A stretch of DNA of 64,000 nt. It comes from an uncultured virus (IMG/VR IMGVR_UViG_3300018080_000012) (lineage: Duplodnaviria; Heunggongvirae; Uroviricota; Caudoviricetes). Where the stretch lies: the IMG/VR virus record IMGVR_UViG_3300018080_000012; one strand, given 5' to 3'. Both the position numbers and the translations under genes were made by a program. Below are positions 20,056 through 29,699 of the stretch, one piece after another. The first letter of the stretch is position 1. The number at the start of each line of letters is the position of its first letter. The notes under the pieces are model-generated. The model was given only the letters and a program-made list of their open reading frames with translations. It searched no databases and was not told the DNA's origin.

Positions 20056-20541
20056 TTATGAAACATTTCCTTCTTGTGGCAATACTTCTCTACAACGCCA
20101 TGTTGTATTCTTCGTTGATAGACTTCCACTATCAAGATTAACTCCAGAAGTAGCACATTTACATTGTCTTAATATGTAAAGTGTTCCACCAGTAATTAAA
20201 TCAATAAGCTCAAAGTCAACTAATCCTGAAGTTAAAATTGTTCTTCTAGTTGGTACTGGAAGACTATCAGAAACATCGCCTTGTAAAACGAACGTCCCAA
20301 CTGTTATTGTACAATTATAACCCTGAGATTTATACCCTCTATCGCCGTGAAATCCTAATGTTCTTATTCCTTGAAGTTCAAAGTCTTCATCAAATGAAAC
20401 ATTTGTAGCCCATCCAATAACTTTTCCATCAAGTTTTACAATAGCATCCAAACCGGCAACAACAGGTAAATCTGGGTCTTCTGCTCCTCTTATTTTACTA
20501 AATAATAAGAGAAAAAGCAAGGATAATTTTGTCGATTTCAT
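20056..20541 (-). CDS. Tail tube protein
   Basis: Follows sheath; VKLDGKVIGWAT.VSFDEDF...IRTLG. Confidence 0.8.
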   Translation of the reverse strand: MKSTKLSLLFLLLFSKIRGAEDPDLPVVAGLDAIVKLDGKVIGWATNVSFDEDFELQGIRTLGFHGDRGYKSQGYNCTITVGTFVLQGDVSDSLPVPTRRTILTSGLVDFELIDLITGGTLYILRQCKCATSGVNLDSGSLSTKNTTWRCREVLPQEGNVS

Positions 20542-20561
20542 ACTGTTTTATACCTCCTTCC

Positions 20562-22340
20562 TTATTTTTTAAACCCAACTACAGTAAAATTATGTGTTAC
20601 AAAGATGAAATTAACTGGTACAACTAATGTACCCTCATAAGTTATCTCAACAGTATCTCCTGTCACAGAAAATTTGAAGTTTCTGTATGCATTTCCTAAA
20701 GCAGGGTCAACAACTAGCCATCCTTGCTCTACATAAAAATCTAATCTCGTTTTTGCTCTATTCTTTATACTTTCAAGAATAGTGTTATCTCCCGGCTCAC
20801 CTACTAAGCTCTCAACAAAAACTCTATGATCTTTAGTGATGTACAGTGCCGTTCTCATTGCACTCCATTCATTTGCTATCAAGTTCGATGCTTGATAAGT
20901 TGTCACTGACCTTATAACTCTTATTCCTCCAAGAGGACTTGGCTGCGATACAATAATTCCAGCTTTAATGTAATCGTCAATATCAGTAGAAGAAAGAATT
21001 GTCTTTATTCCGACTGCATTGATCATTTTATTTGTAGGTGCAAAATTAATTGCATTTCCTGCTGACATTCCCATGATCTCACAAGCTCCATAAAAACCCG
21101 CCCATGTTTGTAAATCACCATTTTTATCATATCTCTTTATTTCACTTCCATAAAATCCAACTAAAGAGTTATTTAGTGAAGCTGCTGCTGCTATTTTTAC
21201 AGATTTTGAATCAGTACTTAATCCTCCAACACAACCTTGCCTTTCATTTCTTCCTACAGAAGATGAAAGTTCTGTTAAATGTGTTGAAAGAACTGCATGA
21301 ATAGCTGCATTTCCTGTCATTACACCAACAAAAGAAGCATCAGTTAAAGCAGCAATTTGGCTAAGAGAATCTGTATAATCTTGTGTCACAACAGCTGCTC
21401 CTTCTGAACCCCCAACAATATATTCATATCCTGTCATGTTTGCGGGTACTCTTCTTTCTGCTGCTGTTGCTAAATCTGCAATTAAATAAGTAGAACTTCC
21501 ATTAAACCAATCTTCACATGCTTGAAGAATTGCAGAAATAGTTTTAGCTGTTTTAATATCAATAGCATCGCCAACTACTATTTTATCAAGTTTTGTAGAA
21601 TCAAATGTTCCATCTCCCAATAAAGTTGCTGAATATACATTTGTTCCACCTGTATTTTGATATGCATTAAAATATGCTACAAGTTCTGCTATTGTATCAT
21701 AAGTTGCTATTGCAATCGAAATATCATCTCCAGATGCTCCACCAACTGTTACAGCATTAAGATTTCCAGTTGGATCGATCGTTAATACACAAGCACTTCC
21801 AGTACCGGTATACTGTACACTAAATAATTCATAAGCAATATCATCTCCTTCAACAGTATTGTTCTCAAACTTCACTGATATTTTCTTCCCTTTGTTTGTT
21901 CCTGCTGAAAGTTTAAATCTTATTTGATTTGTATACAGTCCATAATCTTTACTACTTACATCTAGCACATCATCAGTATCTACATCTTGAATTGTCAATG
22001 TACTTTTTGTAGCTTGATTTACTCTTATAACTCCAACAGAAGGAGCTCCATTAACTCCAGGCTGGTTGGAAGGTGTAAGTGCAAATAAAGCTCCATAATA
22101 AGCAGGGCCATCTCTTAATATTCTATTTAATTCCTCACTATTAGATATCCAATTAATTCTATCTTCAACATTTGGATATTCTGTACTAGCGTTATAAGGA
22201 ATTCCTGCCTTACATTCACCAAGAAGTAATAATCTAGATCCTGTTGCTGCACCAACATCTAAGCCAGATATATTTCTTTTTCCGTAATATCCTGGCCTGT
22301 AAAGATCTTTTCCATCAAATCTTTTGGCTTCTACACCCAT
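20562..22340 (-). CDS. Tail sheath protein
   Basis: FDGK..YRPG, SKDYG..TN, PTNK, IRVIRSVTTY, PVNFI. Confidence 0.92.
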   Translation of the reverse strand: MGVEAKRFDGKDLYRPGYYGKRNISGLDVGAATGSRLLLLGECKAGIPYNASTEYPNVEDRINWISNSEELNRILRDGPAYYGALFALTPSNQPGVNGAPSVGVIRVNQATKSTLTIQDVDTDDVLDVSSKDYGLYTNQIRFKLSAGTNKGKKISVKFENNTVEGDDIAYELFSVQYTGTGSACVLTIDPTGNLNAVTVGGASGDDISIAIATYDTIAELVAYFNAYQNTGGTNVYSATLLGDGTFDSTKLDKIVVGDAIDIKTAKTISAILQACEDWFNGSSTYLIADLATAAERRVPANMTGYEYIVGGSEGAAVVTQDYTDSLSQIAALTDASFVGVMTGNAAIHAVLSTHLTELSSSVGRNERQGCVGGLSTDSKSVKIAAAASLNNSLVGFYGSEIKRYDKNGDLQTWAGFYGACEIMGMSAGNAINFAPTNKMINAVGIKTILSSTDIDDYIKAGIIVSQPSPLGGIRVIRSVTTYQASNLIANEWSAMRTALYITKDHRVFVESLVGEPGDNTILESIKNRAKTRLDFYVEQGWLVVDPALGNAYRNFKFSVTGDTVEITYEGTLVVPVNFIFVTHNFTVVGFKK

Positions 22341-22365
22341 TGTATTTACCTCCTATAGTAAATTT

Positions 22366-22611
22366 TTAAACTTTATGTTTAAGAAAGTTCTTCATTTGTT
22401 TTTTCCAATAATCTATCTTAAATCTTTCTAAAGCGCTTTTCTTTTCAATAATAATATACCATATTCTAAATCCATTTTTCACTCCATTATCTTCATTATT
22501 TGAATCAATAAATGATTCTAAATTTAACTCCTGATCAACTTCTGCAATTTTTTTTGTTTTCTTTTTCGCCATGATTTTCTCCTTATGTTTCAGGATACTG
22601 CCCTTCTCCAC
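22366..22611 (-). CDS. Hypothetical protein
   Basis: Small ORF before sheath; probable start MAKKK at 22572 (AGGAG SD). Confidence 0.5.
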   Translation of the reverse strand: MEKGSILKHKEKIMAKKKTKKIAEVDQELNLESFIDSNNEDNGVKNGFRIWYIIIEKKSALERFKIDYWKKQMKNFLKHKV

Positions 22612-23368
22612 CTATAGAAGTTAATTTTGGCCCACTTTTTTCATTTTCTAAATGATGTTCAATAATTTTTAAAGTTTCAAGATCAGTATCTATTTCAACA
22701 TTTTTATGTAAATTTATAAATGATAAATTAAACTCACTTCCAAATAATGTAGTTCCAAATTCATAATTATATAAAGCATTTTGTCCTTTTATCATTAAAT
22801 TTTTTATACCTTTAGATGATAAATCTCTTTTAGCTCTTTTTAATATACTTCTTAATATCATATATAATATTCTAGTTACCTCTATATGTTCACTCCATAT
22901 AGAAATATTTATTGATATTCTTTCTAAATATCTATCAGACGATGCCCAAAGTTTTTCAGAACCTTTTGCGGTCTTAGCATCTTGTATATTATTCAAAACT
23001 GTGTTACTCATTATCGTACCATTATTAAATCTATCTTTCAATTGAATTGCAGATACTTCATCTATAAAATCTTGAGTTACTTCTTCATTCTTATATCCAG
23101 CTCCTAATAATTGTCTTTCAAAAAGATCATCATCTAAAAGTTCTACTCCAATTGCAGGAAGTATCGATGTATAATTTCCCTCTTCATCTGCTGCTAATGC
23201 ATTTCCATATTCTATAGCTAATGGATGTGCTCCTTGAATAGACGGAATATCACCCGCGTTGCCGTTTGTAAGCTCACTTAATTTATATTCTGCGATATTT
23301 GCAGTTATAAAGTCAATAAAATATTTTACTTCGTCAATAATAAATTGTGTAAAATGTATTTTACTCAT
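22583..23368 (-). CDS. Probable tail terminator/neck protein
   Basis: Position; LPAIGVEL and INISIWS motifs. Confidence 0.55.
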   Translation of the reverse strand: MSKIHFTQFIIDEVKYFIDFITANIAEYKLSELTNGNAGDIPSIQGAHPLAIEYGNALAADEEGNYTSILPAIGVELLDDDLFERQLLGAGYKNEEVTQDFIDEVSAIQLKDRFNNGTIMSNTVLNNIQDAKTAKGSEKLWASSDRYLERISINISIWSEHIEVTRILYMILRSILKRAKRDLSSKGIKNLMIKGQNALYNYEFGTTLFGSEFNLSFINLHKNVEIDTDLETLKIIEHHLENEKSGPKLTSIGGEGQYPET

Positions 23369-23459
23369 AATTAAAATTTAAACCTTTTAAAAATAAATTC
23401 TATAATTTCTTTTCCAAAAATCAGTAATATAATAAGAAAAATTAACATTATTAATTCCA

Positions 23460-24245
23460 TCATGTATTTTCCTTTATAAAATTTAATCCTTCTTCTATAT
23501 CTAATTTTAAACCTGATTGTAATATATCTTTAACTTTTTTATTCATTCTTCTTTTTAAATTCGGATATATTGGTACTGCTTGAGCACCCGGATATATCCA
23601 TCCTGTTGAGTTTTTACTTACAATTCTAAAAGTACCATATACTGTATGTCTTGGAGATCCCGTCTTTACTAATCCTCCATAGATATCTTTTCCACTTGCT
23701 CCTTTATAAACTGCAGGCTTTGTATATACTCTACTTTGTAAAGAAGTTCCTGACATTAACGGGGTTGTTCCGTGAATACCCGTCACTCTATATCTTTTTC
23801 TTATATCGTTTTTATCTAGTTTTTTTACAACAGCATACACAGCTTTAGGCATTGCAGAAACTTGATGAGCTGCAGGAGTAAACTTTCTCATGAATATTAT
23901 ATTATATGGCTCTCCTTTCTCATTTCTTCTTGCATGCGGACCATGCAAAAGACCGGGCTTCATATCAAATCTTTTAACACCTTTTTCTACAAAATTTACA
24001 AACATCCCTTTAGCAGATACTGATGCTTCCATTGGATCTGTTTGTTTATCTATATTAATACTTTCTTTATATTTTCTTTTCCAACCATCTTTAGCATTTG
24101 AATTCTCCACAGATTTAACCCATTCTCTCATCACTTCATTCGTTGCAATTCTTATAGATTGTACTAATCCAGGAAGTCTTTTAGACCCAAGTATAGAGAT
24201 AAGATCACTTAATGGAGTTCCTTCTTGTGTCAAATATATTTTCAC
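23460..24245 (-). CDS. Probable neck/tail-completion protein
   Basis: VEKG..RFDMKPGLL, YGTFRIVS.NS.GWIYPG, as recalled for SPO1/Twort-like neck-region proteins. Confidence 0.6.
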   Translation of the reverse strand: MKIYLTQEGTPLSDLISILGSKRLPGLVQSIRIATNEVMREWVKSVENSNAKDGWKRKYKESINIDKQTDPMEASVSAKGMFVNFVEKGVKRFDMKPGLLHGPHARRNEKGEPYNIIFMRKFTPAAHQVSAMPKAVYAVVKKLDKNDIRKRYRVTGIHGTTPLMSGTSLQSRVYTKPAVYKGASGKDIYGGLVKTGSPRHTVYGTFRIVSKNSTGWIYPGAQAVPIYPNLKRRMNKKVKDILQSGLKLDIEEGLNFIKENT

Positions 24246-25441
24246 AGTATATCTAACTCCTTAGATGTAAATTTATTGAACATTCTTAATAACATTGTTT
24301 GCGGAAATCTTTTATCTTCAGCATTCATTAATTCAACCTCTCTTTTATAAACAATATAAGATGGATGATATCTATAAACAACAGTAAATTTTTTTCCTTG
24401 TATTGGTTTGTTTAATATCCAAATCAAATCATTATATTCTGATAACATAAAATCTGTATCATTTATATATTCTACGCCATCTTCATCTAATATATTTCCA
24501 ACTAATTCAACAACATCAAATTGAGGAATTTCATCTTTAGTCCCTGCACCTCTTGTAATCACTGTACTTTCATTCAAAAAAGATGTCAATAAACTTAATA
24601 TATTCCCTCTTTTTACAAAATGTCCGCCTGCTAAAGTACATTCTAAATCTCCTTGTTTAAGATCTTCTCCCCATTTTGTCAAAGCATTTACAACATTTAC
24701 TCTACCAACAATTACTTTTATAGGTTTGATGTATTCATAATCTACTTGTAAAACGTCCAATACATCTGGAATAGGCGCGGCACCTCCATTATCATCTAAT
24801 ATTATTGATTGTTTTTTGAACGATAGAACTGTATATGTATAATTCTGAGTTACATTATATACCCTAGAAACAGAACTTATATCTCCATGAATATTAAACG
24901 GATTTGAATTTTCTGCGTCTATTTCTACTTCAGTCTCGATAGTATGAATTATAAAAGTTCCATCATGAATAGAATTTTCATTTAAAACTTCTTCTGGAAT
25001 CCTGTATCTATAAGTTACTTTTAATGGCTCATACATTTTTGGTAAAGACCCATTATCAACTAATGTTATAGTGTCATCAGTAAAATTTAAAACATCATAC
25101 AATATTTGATCTCCTCCGCAAAAATCTTTAACAGCTCTTTGTATTTTAATAACTTTAGATATAGGATTCCAAAATGGCTTCACTTCATTCAAAGAAGAGC
25201 ACCCATGAGGGCTATTTTCATCTATAATCTCATAATCTTCCTGAAAACTTAAAATATAACCTTTTCCATTACATAGATTACAAAATAAACTGGGCTTTCC
25301 ATTTTTAATACAAGGGCATTTTTTTGCTTGTATTAAACGAGCATATTGACCATGACGTCTTATAACAGCTTCATGTTCTTCTGGTCTACCTTCTATACGT
25401 GCAAAAGTTTGATTTGCGTATGCGCTTGTATTTCTACCCAT
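24242..25441 (-). CDS. Head-tail joining/neck protein
   Basis: CPC...C..CNGKG motif; C-terminal Y.YHPSY.V and FPQ..LLR. Confidence 0.6.
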   Translation of the reverse strand: MGRNTSAYANQTFARIEGRPEEHEAVIRRHGQYARLIQAKKCPCIKNGKPSLFCNLCNGKGYILSFQEDYEIIDENSPHGCSSLNEVKPFWNPISKVIKIQRAVKDFCGGDQILYDVLNFTDDTITLVDNGSLPKMYEPLKVTYRYRIPEEVLNENSIHDGTFIIHTIETEVEIDAENSNPFNIHGDISSVSRVYNVTQNYTYTVLSFKKQSIILDDNGGAAPIPDVLDVLQVDYEYIKPIKVIVGRVNVVNALTKWGEDLKQGDLECTLAGGHFVKRGNILSLLTSFLNESTVITRGAGTKDEIPQFDVVELVGNILDEDGVEYINDTDFMLSEYNDLIWILNKPIQGKKFTVVYRYHPSYIVYKREVELMNAEDKRFPQTMLLRMFNKFTSKELDIL

Positions 25442-25587
25442 TAGTCGTCCTTCTTTTTATCTTTCTTGTTTTCTTTTCTAGGCTCCTTTTTATCTTCAAC
25501 ATAAGCCTGAAAATCTACACTGCCACAATTATCACAAACATCAACCCTATCACTATGAACTTTACCACAATTTACACACTGTTTCAT
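25441..25587 (-). CDS. Small zinc-ribbon protein (48 aa), not in ORF track
   Basis: MKQCVNCGKVHSDRVDVCDNCGSVDF...; AGGAGG SD; stop overlaps next start. Confidence 0.7.
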   Translation of the reverse strand: MKQCVNCGKVHSDRVDVCDNCGSVDFQAYVEDKKEPRKENKKDKKKDD

Positions 25588-25599
25588 TATTTTTCCTCC

Positions 25600-26478
25600 T
25601 TATAATGCGGTGAATAAAACTCCTCCGTATTTATTTTTATTTGCTTTATAAAATCTTTTTAATTCTTCTCTGTATGAAATTATGCGTGCACCAAAAAGCG
25701 CGTTAGTTGCAGACATAGTCGTACTATAACTTTCTGAAACTCCTGCTAACCCAATCGAACTAGATGCAATCGCCGCTGCTCTACCATCTCCATAATCATT
25801 TAAAAGATTTATTGCTGCTAACATGCCTATAATACTAAACATCTCTTTCCATTTTTTTCTTAAATGTCTTACTGTTTCAAATCCTGATGTAAAGTCTACA
25901 GAAAAAGCATCTGGATAATATTCTACTCCTGCTCCAAATGTTGTTGCTAAAAAAGTCTGTCCTAAAAATATAGGCAACGATTCTAAAGAACCCTGATTTG
26001 GAAAAAATTGCAAACTTCCTTTTTCATGATTTATTTTAACCCAATTTGTTATATCTAAAATTTGATTACTAGCAACATCATTGAATTTTACGTTTTGTAC
26101 ATTTATAACAGGTCTGTGCCTCAATTTAATGAATATATATTCATTAAACTCTTTTCTATTAAAATCATAAGGTTCGTCCCATTCGTAATCTATACCTTCT
26201 TCTCCAGAAAGATCATCGCGAACAACTCCAAAAGCAGGCCTATATTTATATATTCTTTTTAATAATTTAACATTTAAATCTCTTTCACAAGCATCTACAG
26301 CATTATCTATATACCACTTTAAAGTATCATCAGTTATTACTTGAGAATTTGGAGCAACTAATTCATTACCGAACGAATAGACATATCTTAATTCATCAGG
26401 TGTTATTATAGCACCCCATCCTCCATTTGAGACTAAATCGGGATCATTAAATGCATATCCTTTTCTACATTCTGCCAT
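25600..26478 (-). CDS. Head-to-tail adaptor protein
   Basis: YIDNAV..CERDL, LRHRPV..V, ASSSIGLAGVSESY. Confidence 0.65.
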   Translation of the reverse strand: MAECRKGYAFNDPDLVSNGGWGAIITPDELRYVYSFGNELVAPNSQVITDDTLKWYIDNAVDACERDLNVKLLKRIYKYRPAFGVVRDDLSGEEGIDYEWDEPYDFNRKEFNEYIFIKLRHRPVINVQNVKFNDVASNQILDITNWVKINHEKGSLQFFPNQGSLESLPIFLGQTFLATTFGAGVEYYPDAFSVDFTSGFETVRHLRKKWKEMFSIIGMLAAINLLNDYGDGRAAAIASSSIGLAGVSESYSTTMSATNALFGARIISYREELKRFYKANKNKYGGVLFTAL

Positions 26479-26483
26479 CTAAT

Positions 26484-26639
26484 TTACTCCTTATTTTTTA
26501 AGGCCTTTTTTAAAAATTGATTTCTGTTTAAACATTTAAACGGCAATTTTTTTTTCAATTTTTTATCTTTTAATATAGTACTAATTTTTAATTTTTTACC
26601 GTATTTTTTTATTTCTTCTCCATTTATATATATACTCAT
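26484..26639 (-). CDS. Small basic protein (51 aa), not in ORF track
   Basis: MSIYINGEEIKK...KNKE*, AAGGAG SD. Confidence 0.5.
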   Translation of the reverse strand: MSIYINGEEIKKYGKKLKISTILKDKKLKKKLPFKCLNRNQFLKKALKNKE

Positions 26640-26648
26640 GATATCTCC

Positions 26649-27134
26649 TTAATCAATCTTTTCTTCAGCAACTATTCTAAAATGAAAATTTATATTATTT
26701 TGACCGCTACTTTTGTAGCCTATTCTTAAAAAAAGACCTTGATAAATATCGAATTTTCCTCTTCTAACAAATTCAATTTCTTTCTCATCATATACATATA
26801 TATTTCTTACAAAATGACCTAGTTCAAGAACATCAACACCTACAGTCAATCCATAAATAGAAAATAGACCTAATACATCATCTTTATCAATTACATAAAA
26901 ATCCAAAATATCATCTTCATGAATATCGCTATTATTGATGAGTTTTATAATTCCACCTTGTAGCGCTATTTCAGTATCTATTTCGAAATCATTAAATGAT
27001 TCAACACCAGCTTGTGCTATACCTCTAAATCCCTTCCATAAAGGATCATTCGGAGTAGTTTCATAAGTTGGAGCAACTATTTGATTTCCATCTTCTGTAA
27101 ATTTGGGAAAATTTATTCCTTCTTCTTCTGCCAT
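26649..27134 (-). CDS. Hypothetical virion protein
   Basis: Acidic beta-rich ORF with SD in the structural operon. Confidence 0.5.
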   Translation of the reverse strand: MAEEEGINFPKFTEDGNQIVAPTYETTPNDPLWKGFRGIAQAGVESFNDFEIDTEIALQGGIIKLINNSDIHEDDILDFYVIDKDDVLGLFSIYGLTVGVDVLELGHFVRNIYVYDEKEIEFVRRGKFDIYQGLFLRIGYKSSGQNNINFHFRIVAEEKID

Positions 27135-27150
27135 TTTATTATATCCTCCA

Positions 27151-27636
27151 TTATATTCTTTTTAAATCTATAGCTTCAAAATCACCAGAAAGAGTTGAAT
27201 ATTGATAATTTTCTTCTAATCTAACTGTACCATCCATCCAATATTTTTTTATTGTATAACCCATTAATTTATTTGAATTATATGTATAGATTATCTCTTC
27301 AACTTTATTACTATATGTTCCGTCTTCATTATTTGTATGATACCAAGTCTCTTTTATAAGTCTTTTAGAAGTGCTATATTCTCTTCTTCTATAATTTTTT
27401 TCTCCAATAGAAATAAAATTATCTTCCATTTCTCTACTTTGTTCTATCAATAAATTGACTAAAATTTGTTCTTCAGATGTTAAAATTTCTTCATGAAAAT
27501 TAAGAGTGCCTTCAGATCCATTAAGTATTATATCGCACTCCTTCTCAAGAGAACTATCTCTTAATAAATTTTCAAGACATATTGTTTTTATGTCCCATGA
27601 ATCATCTACTAAATTTCTTTGAAAATTAATTTCCAT
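27151..27636 (-). CDS. Hypothetical protein
   Basis: ORF in structural operon with beta-meander-like C-terminal half. Confidence 0.5.
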   Translation of the reverse strand: MEINFQRNLVDDSWDIKTICLENLLRDSSLEKECDIILNGSEGTLNFHEEILTSEEQILVNLLIEQSREMEDNFISIGEKNYRRREYSTSKRLIKETWYHTNNEDGTYSNKVEEIIYTYNSNKLMGYTIKKYWMDGTVRLEENYQYSTLSGDFEAIDLKRI

Positions 27637-27645
27637 TTAAAACCT

Positions 27646-29304
27646 CTACTTTGATAAATATCTCATTCTTATACCCAAATAATGTAAATCTGTTCCAATA
27701 TTTACATGAGCAAGCTGTATCCCACAATAATCTCCTGCTTCAATGCTTGTAAATCTATTAGCTATATTAAATTGAGTTAATTGACCTGCAACAAAATTTA
27801 ACAATGGAATTAACATACTTGATTCAGAATGATTATCATATTGTTCACCTATCGCACCATAATCAGAATAAGTTCTTATAGATTTAAAATTTTGTGATGT
27901 TTCAGGTATATATACTGCATATAAATGAACTAAAGAATTAAAATCTTCGGGAATTTGAAAAGTCATTCTGCATTGATCGCTAGATCCTACAGTTTTTACT
28001 TTAAAATCTCCTTTAGTACCATTATAGTCTGTAGTAAAAAAAACTTCTTTAATATAATTCTTAAATCTACTTTGATTTATATCAATAACATGATCAGCTG
28101 TTATTTTCATTATAGTACCGTCAACACCGTCGCTTATCACATGATATTCTTGTGTTGTTGTCCCGCCTAATTGAAAAATGGCTTTTAATACATTAAAATA
28201 TAAAGCTTGAGCATCATTACCACCCACAGTTATAGAAGCGCTCCCACTTTCCCTTCTAATAGTAAGATATTGTGTATTGTCTGTATGATATAACTTTATA
28301 TAATCTCCATCTGTTTTCGGTTTTATTATAACAGACGCTTCTCTTTCAAATAATATACTATCTAACTCTGAAATTGCATACCCGCTATCTTTTGGAAGTC
28401 CATCAGCATTCAAAGTCATTATATTATCTTCTGTTCCCGTTATTCCATTATGATCATTTGTTTCGTCTAAATCATGTAATCTATTATGATGGTCGTTTTC
28501 TGTTTGTCCTGTTGTGCTTGCATGAGTGTGTGTGTGGCTACTTGAAGCGAAATCTGATGCTTTTGAGCCAGAGTCTTTAGGCAATCCATTGGAATCAAAT
28601 GTTATGAGATCATCTTCTATTGCTCCACTAACTCCGTTATGATCTAATGTAGAATCTATATCATGAACTCTATCGTGTATTTCTCCTAGATCCACATCGT
28701 TATCTGGCATTGTAATAGTTCTTTCATTGCCAGACATTATTCCACTCACTTCAAATTTTATTTTTTTAGTGTTATCTACATCGTCATATATTTCAAAATT
28801 CGTATCTTTAAATAAAGAAATTACATCACCAAGTCTTGTCCATTCTACTCCATCGCTTCTATAAAATCCCTTTCTTTTTCTGTTTATTAAAAAAACTCCA
28901 GTAGCTTGAAGGACTATATATATCTCTCCTGAATGTAATGTTGGATCAGGAAGATCAGCAAATGTATTTACTTGAGGATATCCAGAAACTCCAGGAGTAT
29001 CTAATTCTTCATATTTGACAATTACGTCGCTTCCTTTCTTCCCTTTTGTTGTAATTGTTATTAAAGAAGATTTTCCATTATATAATATAGCGGGTTTTAT
29101 TGTAAGCCATTTCCAGCTTGAATCAAAATTAATTATTCTATCTCCAACAGCTTCTAAATATACTTTAACATTTTTGGCTATATTTGCATCGAGATTATCT
29201 ACACCTATCGATATATCACTCAAAACAGTAATTATCTGAACGTCTGCATCATTTAAATCTATAACATAATTATTTGAAATATTTCCAATGTGTTTTATAT
29301 TCAT
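27646..29304 (-). CDS. Head/collar fibre-like protein 2
   Basis: N-terminal domain paralogous to 29700-31433; HTHTH; two H..HD.D...DHNG...GLPKDSG repeats. Confidence 0.55.
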   Translation of the reverse strand: MNIKHIGNISNNYVIDLNDADVQIITVLSDISIGVDNLDANIAKNVKVYLEAVGDRIINFDSSWKWLTIKPAILYNGKSSLITITTKGKKGSDVIVKYEELDTPGVSGYPQVNTFADLPDPTLHSGEIYIVLQATGVFLINRKRKGFYRSDGVEWTRLGDVISLFKDTNFEIYDDVDNTKKIKFEVSGIMSGNERTITMPDNDVDLGEIHDRVHDIDSTLDHNGVSGAIEDDLITFDSNGLPKDSGSKASDFASSSHTHTHASTTGQTENDHHNRLHDLDETNDHNGITGTEDNIMTLNADGLPKDSGYAISELDSILFEREASVIIKPKTDGDYIKLYHTDNTQYLTIRRESGSASITVGGNDAQALYFNVLKAIFQLGGTTTQEYHVISDGVDGTIMKITADHVIDINQSRFKNYIKEVFFTTDYNGTKGDFKVKTVGSSDQCRMTFQIPEDFNSLVHLYAVYIPETSQNFKSIRTYSDYGAIGEQYDNHSESSMLIPLLNFVAGQLTQFNIANRFTSIEAGDYCGIQLAHVNIGTDLHYLGIRMRYLSK

Positions 29305-29354
29305 GCTTCATCCTTAAACTTTCAAATACTAAACAAAAAATTCTTTCTTACATT

Positions 29355-29669
29355 CTAATATTCTTTTATCTTTAAACAAAGATCTAACATACTTTGTGTT
29401 ATTTTATTTTCTTTATCTAATTTTTCTACTTCTTTCTTCAATAAATCAATTTCAGATTTTGTAAATTCAATTTCTTTTTCTTTTGCTTTTTCATTATTCC
29501 AAACATAACTATTTCCATCTTCTCTAACATTAAAATCAATTTCTTTCATTTCTTCTTGAGTAATTCTTATTTTTTTATCAATATCTCTAACTAATGTTTG
29601 AGATATTAAATTACCTTGATTAGGATATAACTGTGTTATTACAATTCTTTCTTTAATTGATAGTTTCAT
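29355..29669 (-). CDS. Hypothetical protein (possible fibre chaperone)
   Basis: 104-aa ORF between the two fibre paralogues. Confidence 0.45.
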   Translation of the reverse strand: MKLSIKERIVITQLYPNQGNLISQTLVRDIDKKIRITQEEMKEIDFNVREDGNSYVWNNEKAKEKEIEFTKSEIDLLKKEVEKLDKENKITQSMLDLCLKIKEY

Positions 29670-29699
29670 AATTTTCTCCTTTCAATACTTTCATATTTT

